Shown one piece after another: positions 29,384-39,543 of a stretch of 64,000 bases of DNA. This DNA comes from Spirochaetaceae bacterium (GTDB taxonomy: Bacteria; Spirochaetota; Spirochaetia; DSM-2461), in the NCBI GenBank assembly GCA_051531975.1, contig JAOPTT010000014.1:135167-199166 (forward strand), given 5' to 3'. The notes under the pieces are model-generated. The model saw only the letters and a list, made by a program, of their open reading frames with translations. It did no database searches and was not told where the DNA came from. Numbering within the stretch: the stretch's first letter is position 1; the number at the start of each line of letters is the position of its first letter. A program made the translations under genes and the position numbers.

Positions 29384-30955
29384 ATGAGAAAGATATATAT
29401 TATAATACTGTTAAGTTTTACTTTTCTAATTAATGCAGAGACAAAACCGATAATCCAGGTTGATCAAATAATAAACCTATCAGAGGAAGAGTGGTTAGAT
29501 GCACTTTGTTTAACTATTACCGATTCTATCTCTCTAACTCTAAGACTTCTTGGTAGGTATTCGGTTAAAAATGTAAACAGTGATATTACAAATGATGGGG
29601 AAATTGAAACCCTAAGAAAAAGGTCTGAGGATAATGGTTTTGATAATATAATCTATGGCTCATGTTCCTTTGAAAATGATGAATATATAATAACAATTAA
29701 CGCCTACGATAGAGCCCAAAACAAGATAACCTACTCTGGTTCCAAATCCTTAGAGTCTATATTTGATTCTTTTGATGCAACAGATCAGATAATCGATGAG
29801 ACAATAGAGGGATTTTCAGGAATACATGTAACTTACGGTAGTTTAAGGTTAATACCTCCTAAAACATCAGAACCTTTTAGTATTAAAATAGATGATTTTC
29901 CACTACAAAATGGAGAGTACTCTATTAAAAAGATACCATCTGGTAAACATAATCTTACAGTGATTCAAGAGAGGCCACTAGGGTTGTATAATAAAACAAC
30001 AGACCTACTTGTAACAAAGGATATAGAGAATAGATCAGTTATCCCTATACCGTACATAACAAAAGAAGAGTCTGGGTTGTTAAATAGTGTAGATAGAGAG
30101 ATTGCAACTAAAACTATAAATGGAGAGATTAATTTAGAATCTGTTTTAGATGATGCAAAAACATTAACAATGAGTTCATTTTTTAAGGATAATAGACAAG
30201 ATCTAACTAATAAATATAATAATTGGTTAGACCACCTAACTATAAATTCTGTGGCCAAGAGTATTAAACCATTAATAAATAGAAATGTTACAACCATATG
30301 GGACAATGATAAAAATAAGGGAGTATATAAAAGAGATGTAAGTTTATCTGAAATATACTATACAGAGTCTAAGGCTAGGTATAAATCCAGATATCCAGAT
30401 TTTAAAACTATTACAATAGATGGTAAAGCTGATGATTGGGACAATGTAAAATATATAATAAAAGATTTTCAAAATGACAGGTTGAAATCAAATATAACAT
30501 CAATAAAAGGTTTAGAACTAACAGAAGCTAGAATTGCCTATGATACAGAATATCTTTATATAATGATTAAGACTAAAGACCAGAGTTATAATGATAAACG
30601 GGTACGTTATGCAGTACATTTAGATAATAAACCAGCAATCCGTTTTGGATTATTTTTTAATTTAGGAGAAGAGCTTAAATCTGACCAATTATACGTCTCA
30701 GCCCATATCCCAAACTCTAATGATCATGGTACAGAATTAAACCACATGAAAAATAAAACAAAATATAGGGCCAGCGAAGTATTTGAAATTGCAATTCCAA
30801 TGATTGAACTATTAAAAATTAAAGAAATTGAACCTGGTTTTAATTTCTACATTGGTGCTGATATTATCGAATCTGATGATAGGGTCGATGAATTATATCA
30901 TAACAATGAAACAAAAATACCTTTTATGAAAGTATCAATAGTTAAAACTAACTGA
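29384..30955 (+). CDS. Exported multidomain protein (TolB-N/CsgG-like N-terminus, PEGA-like middle, CBM9-like C-terminus)
   Basis: Start moved to ATG 29384 (MRKIYIIILL signal peptide, GGAG RBS). ITIDGKADDW and FEIAIP motifs are typical of CBM9-like domains. Confidence 0.65.
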   Translation: MRKIYIIILLSFTFLINAETKPIIQVDQIINLSEEEWLDALCLTITDSISLTLRLLGRYSVKNVNSDITNDGEIETLRKRSEDNGFDNIIYGSCSFENDEYIITINAYDRAQNKITYSGSKSLESIFDSFDATDQIIDETIEGFSGIHVTYGSLRLIPPKTSEPFSIKIDDFPLQNGEYSIKKIPSGKHNLTVIQERPLGLYNKTTDLLVTKDIENRSVIPIPYITKEESGLLNSVDREIATKTINGEINLESVLDDAKTLTMSSFFKDNRQDLTNKYNNWLDHLTINSVAKSIKPLINRNVTTIWDNDKNKGVYKRDVSLSEIYYTESKARYKSRYPDFKTITIDGKADDWDNVKYIIKDFQNDRLKSNITSIKGLELTEARIAYDTEYLYIMIKTKDQSYNDKRVRYAVHLDNKPAIRFGLFFNLGEELKSDQLYVSAHIPNSNDHGTELNHMKNKTKYRASEVFEIAIPMIELLKIKEIEPGFNFYIGADIIESDDRVDELYHNNETKIPFMKVSIVKTN

Positions 30956-31384
30956 AGAGGATAGATATATAGAGAGCTCTCCACTATCCCGGTGTTCACT
31001 GGTTATTTTAAACTGCTCTTCTATAAAAACACATAGGCTCTCATCGGCAACATCGCATATAACAAGCCATAGATCTACAGAATCTAAAGTTTCAGCACTA
31101 TCCAAATGTATAATAATATGATCTAGACTCTCGTGTTTTAAAGTGGAGAGTATAACCTTTGCAGTGGAATTTAAAACATCTACTTGTAACCATGAATCAT
31201 CCATAGAGGAAGCCACTCCTACTGTTTTTGTAGATGTTCCACTGATTCCAAGGTTAACATAGTTAGGTGCAGGAACATTTAATTTATATCCTTCTGGCAT
31301 AAAAATAGAAATAGTAAAGGTTTCTGCATGTAAAAAACTTCCTACACTCAGTATCAGAACCATAATAGCATTGTTTATTTTCAT
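30935..31384 (-). CDS. Hypothetical exported protein
   Basis: AAGGAG RBS and a signal peptide ending FLHA. Confidence 0.65.
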   Translation of the reverse strand: MKINNAIMVLILSVGSFLHAETFTISIFMPEGYKLNVPAPNYVNLGISGTSTKTVGVASSMDDSWLQVDVLNSTAKVILSTLKHESLDHIIIHLDSAETLDSVDLWLVICDVADESLCVFIEEQFKITSEHRDSGELSIYLSSSVSFNY

Positions 31385-31445
31385 CTACATCTCCTTACAT
31401 TTCTATTAATAGTATAATACAATTTAGATAAGAATGAGGTTTTAA

Positions 31446-32303
31446 GTGAAATATAGAACATTAGATTTTATACTCTTAACCACTACAACTCTACTATTCC
31501 TTTTTTCTAGTTGTACTAGTATAAATAGGGTTTCTAACCAAAATTCAGAGGGATTATCTACAAAACAGTCCATTAGTTGGCATGCAGTTCTTGTTGCTGG
31601 AGCTTATACCGACCATGATCTTCAAATCGATAATTGGGATAATGCCATGGAACGTATGGCTGATGTTCTCTTAAACGCAGGGGTGAATCCTCAGGATATT
31701 CGTATGCACAGCTCTAAACCCCAGAACATAGGTAAAACCTATTGGGGTGTAAACATAGAGCCATCGTGGAAACAGAGGATTATTAGCTCCATAAAGAGTT
31801 TTGATCTCCAAGAGAGTGATGGATTAATCCTATACTTTAGTAGTCATGGTAAGGATAACCGGGGATTATATTTAGAATCAGAAGAGGAGTTTAGGAATAT
31901 TTTTAGTCCCAGTGAACTAGATGATGTTCTAGACTCTTTAGGGGATACTCTATTAGTCATTTTTATATCCTCATGTTATTCTGGGGATTTTATAACAGGT
32001 GAGGAAAATATAGTGAATGATAACCGGCTCATTTTAACTGCTTCTGCTGAAGATCGTAGCTCATTTGGTTGTGGAGCTGGTAATTATATGCCCCAGTGGG
32101 ATGATACTCTACTCAAGGTTCTTAAAGAAGGAAGTGGTAATAAAACTTGGGAGCAGGTTATCTCTCGGATAGATGAGGAGATTTCCTTGAAAGAAGTGAA
32201 TATTGCAGATACTAAAAAATCCCTACCACAACACAACCTACCAAGTCCATTAAATCCAGGATTCAATGATCTTCTTAATCAGATTTCCCATAATAGAAAC
32301 TAA
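31446..32303 (+). CDS. C13-family (clan CD, caspase-fold) peptidase lipoprotein
   Basis: FSSHG and ISSCYSG catalytic dyad, ILTASAEDRSSFGC, lipobox FSSC. Confidence 0.85.
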   Translation: MKYRTLDFILLTTTTLLFLFSSCTSINRVSNQNSEGLSTKQSISWHAVLVAGAYTDHDLQIDNWDNAMERMADVLLNAGVNPQDIRMHSSKPQNIGKTYWGVNIEPSWKQRIISSIKSFDLQESDGLILYFSSHGKDNRGLYLESEEEFRNIFSPSELDDVLDSLGDTLLVIFISSCYSGDFITGEENIVNDNRLILTASAEDRSSFGCGAGNYMPQWDDTLLKVLKEGSGNKTWEQVISRIDEEISLKEVNIADTKKSLPQHNLPSPLNPGFNDLLNQISHNRN

Positions 32304-32382
32304 AATCTTTCCTTGAAAATGCCTTTTATAGGAATTAGAGTTATAAATAGAAAAACTTTTTAAAACTGTAAAAGGATGATCT

Positions 32383-33381
32383 ATGATGCAAAAAAACATA
32401 TTCAGACTAACAACACTGTTTACTATTTTTATGTTACTAAGCTGTGTAACCACCATGCCTACTCCTGACAAAGGAAAAGGAACCCTGGTTATCCTTCCAT
32501 TGCAACATAATATTGAACACAGATTTGAACTTCATTTTGATTATTATGTACAAATTAACGATATTCAAACAGGTAAGAGAGTTTATAGTATAAAAATTCC
32601 TGATAACCGAAACTACATCTTTATTCGTTCCCTTAAACCTGGAGATTATTATGTGGCTGGATACAGGTGGCGAACAGATAATAAATCTGGAGATCTAATA
32701 AGTTTTAATCGTGAATTTTCACCATTTAGAGTTGAAAAGGGAGTTGTATCTCTAACTCCCTACGGATTTGGTTGGCACAAATACAAAGATGAAGAAAATG
32801 AAAATAGATACCGCTTCAACATACTAAAAAATAATGATGGTATCCTTCACAATGAAATTCTTAGAGAGCTAATGACAGAAAATCCAGAAGAGATGGCTTT
32901 GTGGAGTATACCAGAAATTCTGGACTCAACCATTCCAACACAGATAAAAACTGTTCTTAAGGATGCACCCATTCAACCCTTTGAACTAGATGTTATAGAC
33001 TTACTAAGTGGCAAGAACATTTCTATGGAGGATCTAAGGGGTAAAGTGGTAGTAATCGATTTCTGGGCGACATGGTGTGGCCCTTGTGTAGCAGAGGTGC
33101 CCAAAATGCTTGAATTATACAAAAAATATAAATCGCAGGGAGTTGAGTTTATTGGTATTAGCCTCGATGAGAAGGGCTCTACAGTTGTTAAGTTCTGTGA
33201 AGAGAGGGGTATTACCTGGCCACAGTACTGTGAAGGTGGAAACGGGAATACAAAGTTTAGCCAGAAGTGGGGTATTAACTCCATTCCCAGGCTCTTTATT
33301 ATTGATCAAAATGGAGATATATTTTCTAAAGAAGCCCGTGGGAAACTTCATACACTCATTCCAGAACTACTTGGTATATAA
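32383..33381 (+). CDS. Lipoprotein with C-terminal TlpA/ResA-like thioredoxin domain
   Basis: DFWATWCGPC and GINSIP motifs; lipobox LLSC. Confidence 0.9.
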   Translation: MMQKNIFRLTTLFTIFMLLSCVTTMPTPDKGKGTLVILPLQHNIEHRFELHFDYYVQINDIQTGKRVYSIKIPDNRNYIFIRSLKPGDYYVAGYRWRTDNKSGDLISFNREFSPFRVEKGVVSLTPYGFGWHKYKDEENENRYRFNILKNNDGILHNEILRELMTENPEEMALWSIPEILDSTIPTQIKTVLKDAPIQPFELDVIDLLSGKNISMEDLRGKVVVIDFWATWCGPCVAEVPKMLELYKKYKSQGVEFIGISLDEKGSTVVKFCEERGITWPQYCEGGNGNTKFSQKWGINSIPRLFIIDQNGDIFSKEARGKLHTLIPELLGI

Positions 33382-33518
33382 AAAAGAGAATCTATTTACT
33401 ACACTTCTTTCAAACAAAACTAAGAAGAGTTAAATGATTTGACAGTTATGATTCAGAAAACATATAATTTATCCTGTATCTCTTTTCTATAATTCCAGAG
33501 TGATATAAAGGATTTTCT

Positions 33519-36371
33519 ATGAAAAAAAAATTGACTTTAATCACTATTTTTTTACTAATAGCCACGGCAAACTTCAGTAAAGAACCAACAACAAAACCAA
33601 TGCTGAGACAAAACACTCAAATTCACTCATCACCTATAAAACGTTTAGATACAGGCGGTAAATATTTAATAACAGCCTCACTTGATAAAACAGTAAAATT
33701 ATGGAATGCAGAAACAGGAGAATATATCCGTACCTTTAGATTGCCAATCGATGAAGGAAATGAAGGGAAAGTATTTTCCTGTGCAATATCTCCAGATGGG
33801 AAAACCGTTGCAGTAGGTGGATGGACTGGTTGGAATTGGTACGGTGAAGCGGCAATTTACATATTCGATACAAATACTGGGATAATGAAAGATAAAGTAG
33901 ACGGTATGAAGAGTGTAATACGAGATCTTGAATTTTCTAAAGATGGAAAATATTTAGGTGCTTCATTAGCAGCAAAAGCTGGTGTTCAGATAATAACAAC
34001 AAATAATTGGAAGGTATACAAATCACTTGATGGTTATGGTTCAGATTCATACAATATTTCATTTGATAACAACGGGCACCTGGCAACTGTAAGTTTTGAT
34101 GGGAATATCCGACTATATAGTAAAAATTTTGTATTATTAAAAAAAGTAAAATCAGCAGGAGGCAACAAACCTTTCAATATAGCATTCTCCCCTGATAATT
34201 CAAAATTAGCCATAGGTCATAATGATACATCAAATATACATATCTTGGACTCTAAAACTCTAAATCTGCTTTATTCTCCTGATATTACAGGTTTAAAAAG
34301 TTCAAAAAAGATTAGTGCTGTTTGTTGGTCAAAAGATGGCAAGTACCTCTTTGCAGGTGGAAATCATTCAAAAGTCATTGATGGGAAATGGTGGTTTTTA
34401 ATTAGGAAATATAATTCTAAAGGCAGAGGAACATATACAGATTACAAAGCTAGCGCTAATACAATTATAGATATAAAACCTTTCTCAGAGGATATTATTT
34501 TTGCAGGAACCCATCCTGATCTTGGGAAAATGGATTATACCGGAAATTTAAGTTATTACAAAAATAGTGAAGGTCTTAGTTTTAGAAATGCAGCATTTAA
34601 ATATTTAAAATTAACAAAAACAAGTATAACTTTCAAAGCAATGGGTAAAGAAAGTGTAATATTTGACCTTAAAGAGTTTATACTTAAAAATGGTGATAAC
34701 AGTGGTAAAATTTATACGGATAATAAAAACGGAACATTAATTTCTGAATGGGAAGATTCATATGCACCCAAATTAGATAATAAACTAATAAGTTTTCTAA
34801 GAAAATATGAAATAAATAGATGTGTATCAATAACAGAAAACGGTTCTATACTATGGGGTACAGGTTGGAAAATATACTGTACAGATAAATCTGGAAAAGT
34901 TATCTGGAAGAAGCCTGCGCCTGGATCAGTATGGGCAGTAAATAGCATCGATGGTATTGTAACTGCTGCATACAGTGATGGAACTATTAGATGGTACAGA
35001 TTATCAGATGGCCAAGAACTAATGGCATTGATGGTACATGATGATATGAAAAGATGGGTATTATGGACACCTGAAGGATATTATACTGCCTCTCCAGGAG
35101 GTCAGGATCTCATTGGATGGCACATCAATAATGGTTCAAGCATGGAGGCTGACTTCTTCTCTGCTGACAGATTTGCTGATAAATTTTACAGACCTGATGT
35201 ATTGGAGTTGGTATTACAGGAAAAAGATACACAAATAGCCATTAGAAAAGCAAATATAATTAGGAACATCAAAGTAGTAGCAACAATAGAGGATAGTCTA
35301 CCTCCTGTAGTTAAGATAATTACTCCTAAAAATGCAGAGACTACATATTCTAAAAAAGTAAATTTTAGTGTAAAAATTAAAACTCCCAATGATAACCCTG
35401 TAATAGAGACAAAAATATTATTAAATGGTCGATTATACGAAGGTGGAGAACGAGGACTCAATCTTGTATCAAGGCAAGGTACAGATAAGAAGTACAGTGT
35501 TAGTCTGGAAAAAGGTAAAAACAATGTATCATTTCTTGCAAGAAACTCTTCAGGTTGGAGTGAAGCATCTACTGTAGAAGTAAATTTCGTTTCATCTTCA
35601 ATTGATGAAGATATGGGGTTTGTAATAAAACCTAAATTATATATTTTGGCAGTAGGAGTCTCAGATTACGAAGATTCAACCCTAAAATTAAAATATCCTG
35701 CCAAAGATGCTAATGACTTTTCTAATGTAATGAAGAAGCAAGAAGATAGAATATATAGGGAAGTAGAAACAAAATTATTAACAAATTCAAATGCCACAAA
35801 AGATAATATCCTTGATGGTCTCGACTGGATTCAAAAAGAGACAACATCTAAGGATGTAGCGATGATTTTTGTTGCAGGACATGGAATGAATGATGAGTCA
35901 GGTTATCTATATTATCTTCCTCAAGATGTAAATTTAGATAGGTTACGAAGGACTGGACTTCCTGCCGAAGAAATAACTAGAACGATCTCCTCTATAGCTG
36001 GTAAGGTCATTTATTTCATGGATACATGTCATAGTGGAAACTTAAGTGTCGAGGGACGTCGTGGAGGATTAGTAGATACCACCAAAGTTGTTATGGAACT
36101 AACCAGTGCTGAAAATGGTGCTGTTGTTTTTGCATCTTCTACAGGTAGACAGTATTCCCTAGAGCATGATAAATGGCAAAACGGAGCTTTTACAAAAGCC
36201 CTTGTTGAAGGACTTAGTGGAAAAGCTGACTATACAGGTAAAGGTAAAATATCTATTAATATGCTCGATCTGTATTTATCAGAAAGAGTTAAAGAGTTAA
36301 CAAATGGTTCCCAGACCCCAACTACCGCAAAACCTGATACGATAAGGGACTTTCCTTTAGCAATTAAATAA
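33519..36371 (+). CDS. Exported WD40-repeat plus C14 caspase-like peptidase
   Basis: WD repeats, an Ig-like linker and a C-terminal caspase domain with AGHG and DTCHSG. Confidence 0.9.
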   Translation: MKKKLTLITIFLLIATANFSKEPTTKPMLRQNTQIHSSPIKRLDTGGKYLITASLDKTVKLWNAETGEYIRTFRLPIDEGNEGKVFSCAISPDGKTVAVGGWTGWNWYGEAAIYIFDTNTGIMKDKVDGMKSVIRDLEFSKDGKYLGASLAAKAGVQIITTNNWKVYKSLDGYGSDSYNISFDNNGHLATVSFDGNIRLYSKNFVLLKKVKSAGGNKPFNIAFSPDNSKLAIGHNDTSNIHILDSKTLNLLYSPDITGLKSSKKISAVCWSKDGKYLFAGGNHSKVIDGKWWFLIRKYNSKGRGTYTDYKASANTIIDIKPFSEDIIFAGTHPDLGKMDYTGNLSYYKNSEGLSFRNAAFKYLKLTKTSITFKAMGKESVIFDLKEFILKNGDNSGKIYTDNKNGTLISEWEDSYAPKLDNKLISFLRKYEINRCVSITENGSILWGTGWKIYCTDKSGKVIWKKPAPGSVWAVNSIDGIVTAAYSDGTIRWYRLSDGQELMALMVHDDMKRWVLWTPEGYYTASPGGQDLIGWHINNGSSMEADFFSADRFADKFYRPDVLELVLQEKDTQIAIRKANIIRNIKVVATIEDSLPPVVKIITPKNAETTYSKKVNFSVKIKTPNDNPVIETKILLNGRLYEGGERGLNLVSRQGTDKKYSVSLEKGKNNVSFLARNSSGWSEASTVEVNFVSSSIDEDMGFVIKPKLYILAVGVSDYEDSTLKLKYPAKDANDFSNVMKKQEDRIYREVETKLLTNSNATKDNILDGLDWIQKETTSKDVAMIFVAGHGMNDESGYLYYLPQDVNLDRLRRTGLPAEEITRTISSIAGKVIYFMDTCHSGNLSVEGRRGGLVDTTKVVMELTSAENGAVVFASSTGRQYSLEHDKWQNGAFTKALVEGLSGKADYTGKGKISINMLDLYLSERVKELTNGSQTPTTAKPDTIRDFPLAIK

Positions 36372-36484
36372 CTAAATAAAATTCCCCTTATATTAGTTCA
36401 TATCAGTAACGATCTCTATTAAGTCATCCTCTGACCAATCCTCTTCTTTTCGAGATTGGTAGTTTTTTACACCACTATAATAAA

Positions 36485-38206
36485 TTACTCCATGTATCCA
36501 CCTTTTATAGCTGAGACTGCAGTACTTTTATAAATTCCTAATATTCCCTTACTTTTAACTCTAGGCTCTGGTTTAAATGTCGCTCTTCTTTCTTCTAAAA
36601 TTTTATCAACTTCTGATATGGTCATTTTTTCACCTTTAAAACCTATAATATTAATTGATCTTTCCTTAATATTAATTTCAACTAAATCATTTTTCTCTAG
36701 TAATGCAATTGCTCCACCTTCTACTGCTTCTGGTGATACATGGCCAATGGCAGGCCCTCTTGTTGCGCCTGAGAATCTACCATCAGTTATTAATGCAGTT
36801 GTATTGGATAATTTTTCATCTGCGGCAATAGCTTCAGTTGTATAATACATTTCTGGCATTCCACTTCCTTTTGGACCTTCATATCTAATGATAACTGCAT
36901 CTCCTGGTTTAATCTTATTGTTAATAACTGCGCTAAATGCTTCTTCCTCTGAATCAAATGGTTGAGCTTTAAGAACTACATGGGTTAAAGATTCGTCTAG
37001 AGCAGAGTGTTTAATAACTGCACCTTCAGGTGCTAAATTACCTTTTAAAATTGCAATAGCTCCATCTGACTTTATTGGTTTATTATAACTATATATAACA
37101 TCATCTTTATTAAATTTTAGTGTATCAAAATAATTATTAAACTTACTATAGAAGCCAGCTTCTCTTAAGTCATCAAGATTCTCACCTAAAGTTTTACCTG
37201 TAATAGTCATAACATCTAAGTGTAGAAATTCTTTAATTTCTTCCATAACAGCGGGAACACCTCCAGCATACCAGAAATACTGACTTGGATATTCTCCACT
37301 TGGTCTAACATTAACTATAAATGGAATTTTTCGATGTATTCTGTCAAAATCCTCTGGAGACAATGTTATACCCACCTCTCTAGCAATAGTAGGAATATGC
37401 AGAAGAGCATTTGAGGAGCCACCAATTGCAGCATGAATCATTATTGCATTTTCAAATGCTTTATATGTAAGAATATCAGATGGTTTAATGTTGTTTAGAA
37501 CTAGATATTTTAACCTATTAGCTGCAATTTTTATATTTTCTTCAATTAAGTTATTATATGCAGGCATAACTGAGGAGCCAGGAAGTGATAGTCCCAAGGA
37601 TTCAGACATTATTTGCATTGTAGCGGCTGTACCCATAAATGCACAGGCACCACATGAAGGACATGCACCCTCTTGGTATACTTTAAATTCCTTATCAGAT
37701 AGTAGACCTTTTTTATTTAAGGCGCTAAATGTACCTATTTGCTCTAGTGTTAAATCACCATTACCAGCTTTCATGATTCCACCAGGTATAACAATTGATG
37801 GGAAATTTAATCTTGCAACAGCAATTAGATGGGCTGGTACACCTTTATCACAGCTACAAATAAATAGTCCACCATCAAAAGGTGTTGCACTTCCTTGAAC
37901 TTCTATCATACCAGCTATGATCTCTCTAGATAATAAAGAATAGTTCATACCATCATGTCCCTGTGCTATTCCATCACATATATCTGTAACGGTATATTTT
38001 GCAGGCTTTATTCCAATATTAATTAACTCTTTTTCAGCAATTGAAACAAACTTATTTAAATGAACACTACCAGGATGACTATCTCCCCATGTACTTTGTA
38101 TCATTATTTGCATTTTTGATAAATCATCAACTGACCATCCAGCACCAAGCTTAAGTGCATCCATTTCAACTGCAACATTTCTCATTTTTTGACTTCTTAA
38201 TATCAT
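36485..38206 (-). CDS. ilvD: IlvD/Edd family dehydratase (dihydroxy-acid or sugar-acid dehydratase)
   Basis: [32 protein letters not shown] and [11 protein letters not shown] motifs. Substrate uncertain. Confidence 0.85.
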   Translation of the reverse strand: MILRSQKMRNVAVEMDALKLGAGWSVDDLSKMQIMIQSTWGDSHPGSVHLNKFVSIAEKELINIGIKPAKYTVTDICDGIAQGHDGMNYSLLSREIIAGMIEVQGSATPFDGGLFICSCDKGVPAHLIAVARLNFPSIVIPGGIMKAGNGDLTLEQIGTFSALNKKGLLSDKEFKVYQEGACPSCGACAFMGTAATMQIMSESLGLSLPGSSVMPAYNNLIEENIKIAANRLKYLVLNNIKPSDILTYKAFENAIMIHAAIGGSSNALLHIPTIAREVGITLSPEDFDRIHRKIPFIVNVRPSGEYPSQYFWYAGGVPAVMEEIKEFLHLDVMTITGKTLGENLDDLREAGFYSKFNNYFDTLKFNKDDVIYSYNKPIKSDGAIAILKGNLAPEGAVIKHSALDESLTHVVLKAQPFDSEEEAFSAVINNKIKPGDAVIIRYEGPKGSGMPEMYYTTEAIAADEKLSNTTALITDGRFSGATRGPAIGHVSPEAVEGGAIALLEKNDLVEINIKERSINIIGFKGEKMTISEVDKILEERRATFKPEPRVKSKGILGIYKSTAVSAIKGGYME

Positions 38207-38265
38207 AAATTCTCCAAGTAGTTAATTTGTAATTTTGGTTTGTAATAATTTAGTAATTCTTAATT

Positions 38266-38964
38266 TTATATTTTTGTTGTTATCTGTTTAATTTCATTTA
38301 TTGTTCTTGTTAAATGCCTCTTCATAAATAATCCAGCCATTTCAGGATCTCTATTCTTTATAGCATCTAATATTTTTTCATGATCAATTATTCCACTATG
38401 GGATCCTAAATGTAAATTTAACTCTTTTTGATGATGTTTTAATAAATCAGTTAGAATTGTATTAATTTTAATTATCATTGAGTTGTGTGTACCTTTAGCA
38501 ATACAGTAATGAAACTTAAAATCATTAAAATAGAACTTCTCTTTATCATCGATGAACTTTTTCATATTTTCATAACACTGTTCCAATTCTGTTAATAGGT
38601 CTTGATCACAATTTTCAGCACATAACTCAGCACTTTCAGTCTCAATTATTTTCCTAAAAACCAATATATCAAGAAGGTTATCAGAATCTATCAATATCAT
38701 AGAGAGTAGTCCATTTAAATACATCGATGGTGAAAGATCATTTACAAAAGTACCACCACCTTTCTTTTTGGTTAAAACATTTAATGTCACGAGTTTTTCT
38801 ATAGCCTCGCGAACTGAAACACGACTTATACCTAATTCTGTAACCATTTTATTTTCTGATGAGATTTTCATACCAGAAGTCCACTCGTTACTAAGAATCT
38901 TCTTTTCAATATATTCATATGCAATATTACTAATATTTTTTTTAGTTTCCAAATTAACCTCCAT
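38266..38964 (-). CDS. GntR/FadR family regulator (true start possibly TTG at 38952)
   Basis: wHTH SENKMVTELGISRVSVREA...GGGTFV plus an FCD domain; GGAGG lies 5 nt before the TTG. Confidence 0.92.
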   Translation of the reverse strand: MEVNLETKKNISNIAYEYIEKKILSNEWTSGMKISSENKMVTELGISRVSVREAIEKLVTLNVLTKKKGGGTFVNDLSPSMYLNGLLSMILIDSDNLLDILVFRKIIETESAELCAENCDQDLLTELEQCYENMKKFIDDKEKFYFNDFKFHYCIAKGTHNSMIIKINTILTDLLKHHQKELNLHLGSHSGIIDHEKILDAIKNRDPEMAGLFMKRHLTRTINEIKQITTKI

Positions 38965-38965
38965 T

Positions 38966-38984
38966 ATAGTTGTAATACAACTAT
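38966..38984. promoter_or_regulatory. Candidate FadR-type operator
   Basis: atagttgta-a-tacaactat perfect 9-bp inverted repeat at the regulator's 5' end, resembling FadR-subfamily TTGT-N-TACAA boxes. Confidence 0.75.
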
Positions 38985-39318
38985 GTATAAATATAGTTTG
39001 GCAATTTTAATTAATCAACTGCTTAAAAGCACCACACATGACCTTTGGGATAAAAAGAGTAATATTAAGAGTCGAAGTTGTCACACAACTTCGATGTAAT
39101 GAATTTTATATTTTAATTAGATTAGAATCCAATATAATGAATATTCTTTGTAATTAATTCCTATGACATTGGGTATGAATCAGCAAAACTTGCTTTAAAG
39201 CATGTTTCAACAAAAATTTAGAAATTAATAAAGTGGTTTTACCCTATTTACTTATTGAACGTAAATCTTGTAGTAAAATAAAACTCAAGAAATAGTCTTA
39301 ATTAAACTGTTTATAAAG

Positions 39319-39350
39319 TATAAACCTCCAGAATTACCTGGAGGTTTATA
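39319..39350. terminator. Strong hairpin downstream of thrS (likely terminator)
   Basis: tataaacctccag-aattac-ctggaggtttata, a 13-bp perfect stem. Confidence 0.6.
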
Positions 39351-39543
39351 GCGGAAATAAAAATGTAACAATGATGATAATAGAATTCCTAGATTTTTTA
39401 CATTTTGTGTTTAAAAATAAGCCATTCCGTACCAAGACTTTAACTCCATAGTTACAGTTCATGAATAGTTAATTGACCCCTACATTACAAATGTTAATAG
39501 AGGTCAAAGTGTTATACAAATGAATTCTTCTTTTTTTTAAAAA

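Noticed and set aside
28186..36400. tRNA-integrated prophage or ICE
   Set aside because: No integrase, phage or conjugation genes, and no duplicate of the tRNA 3' end was found by eye.
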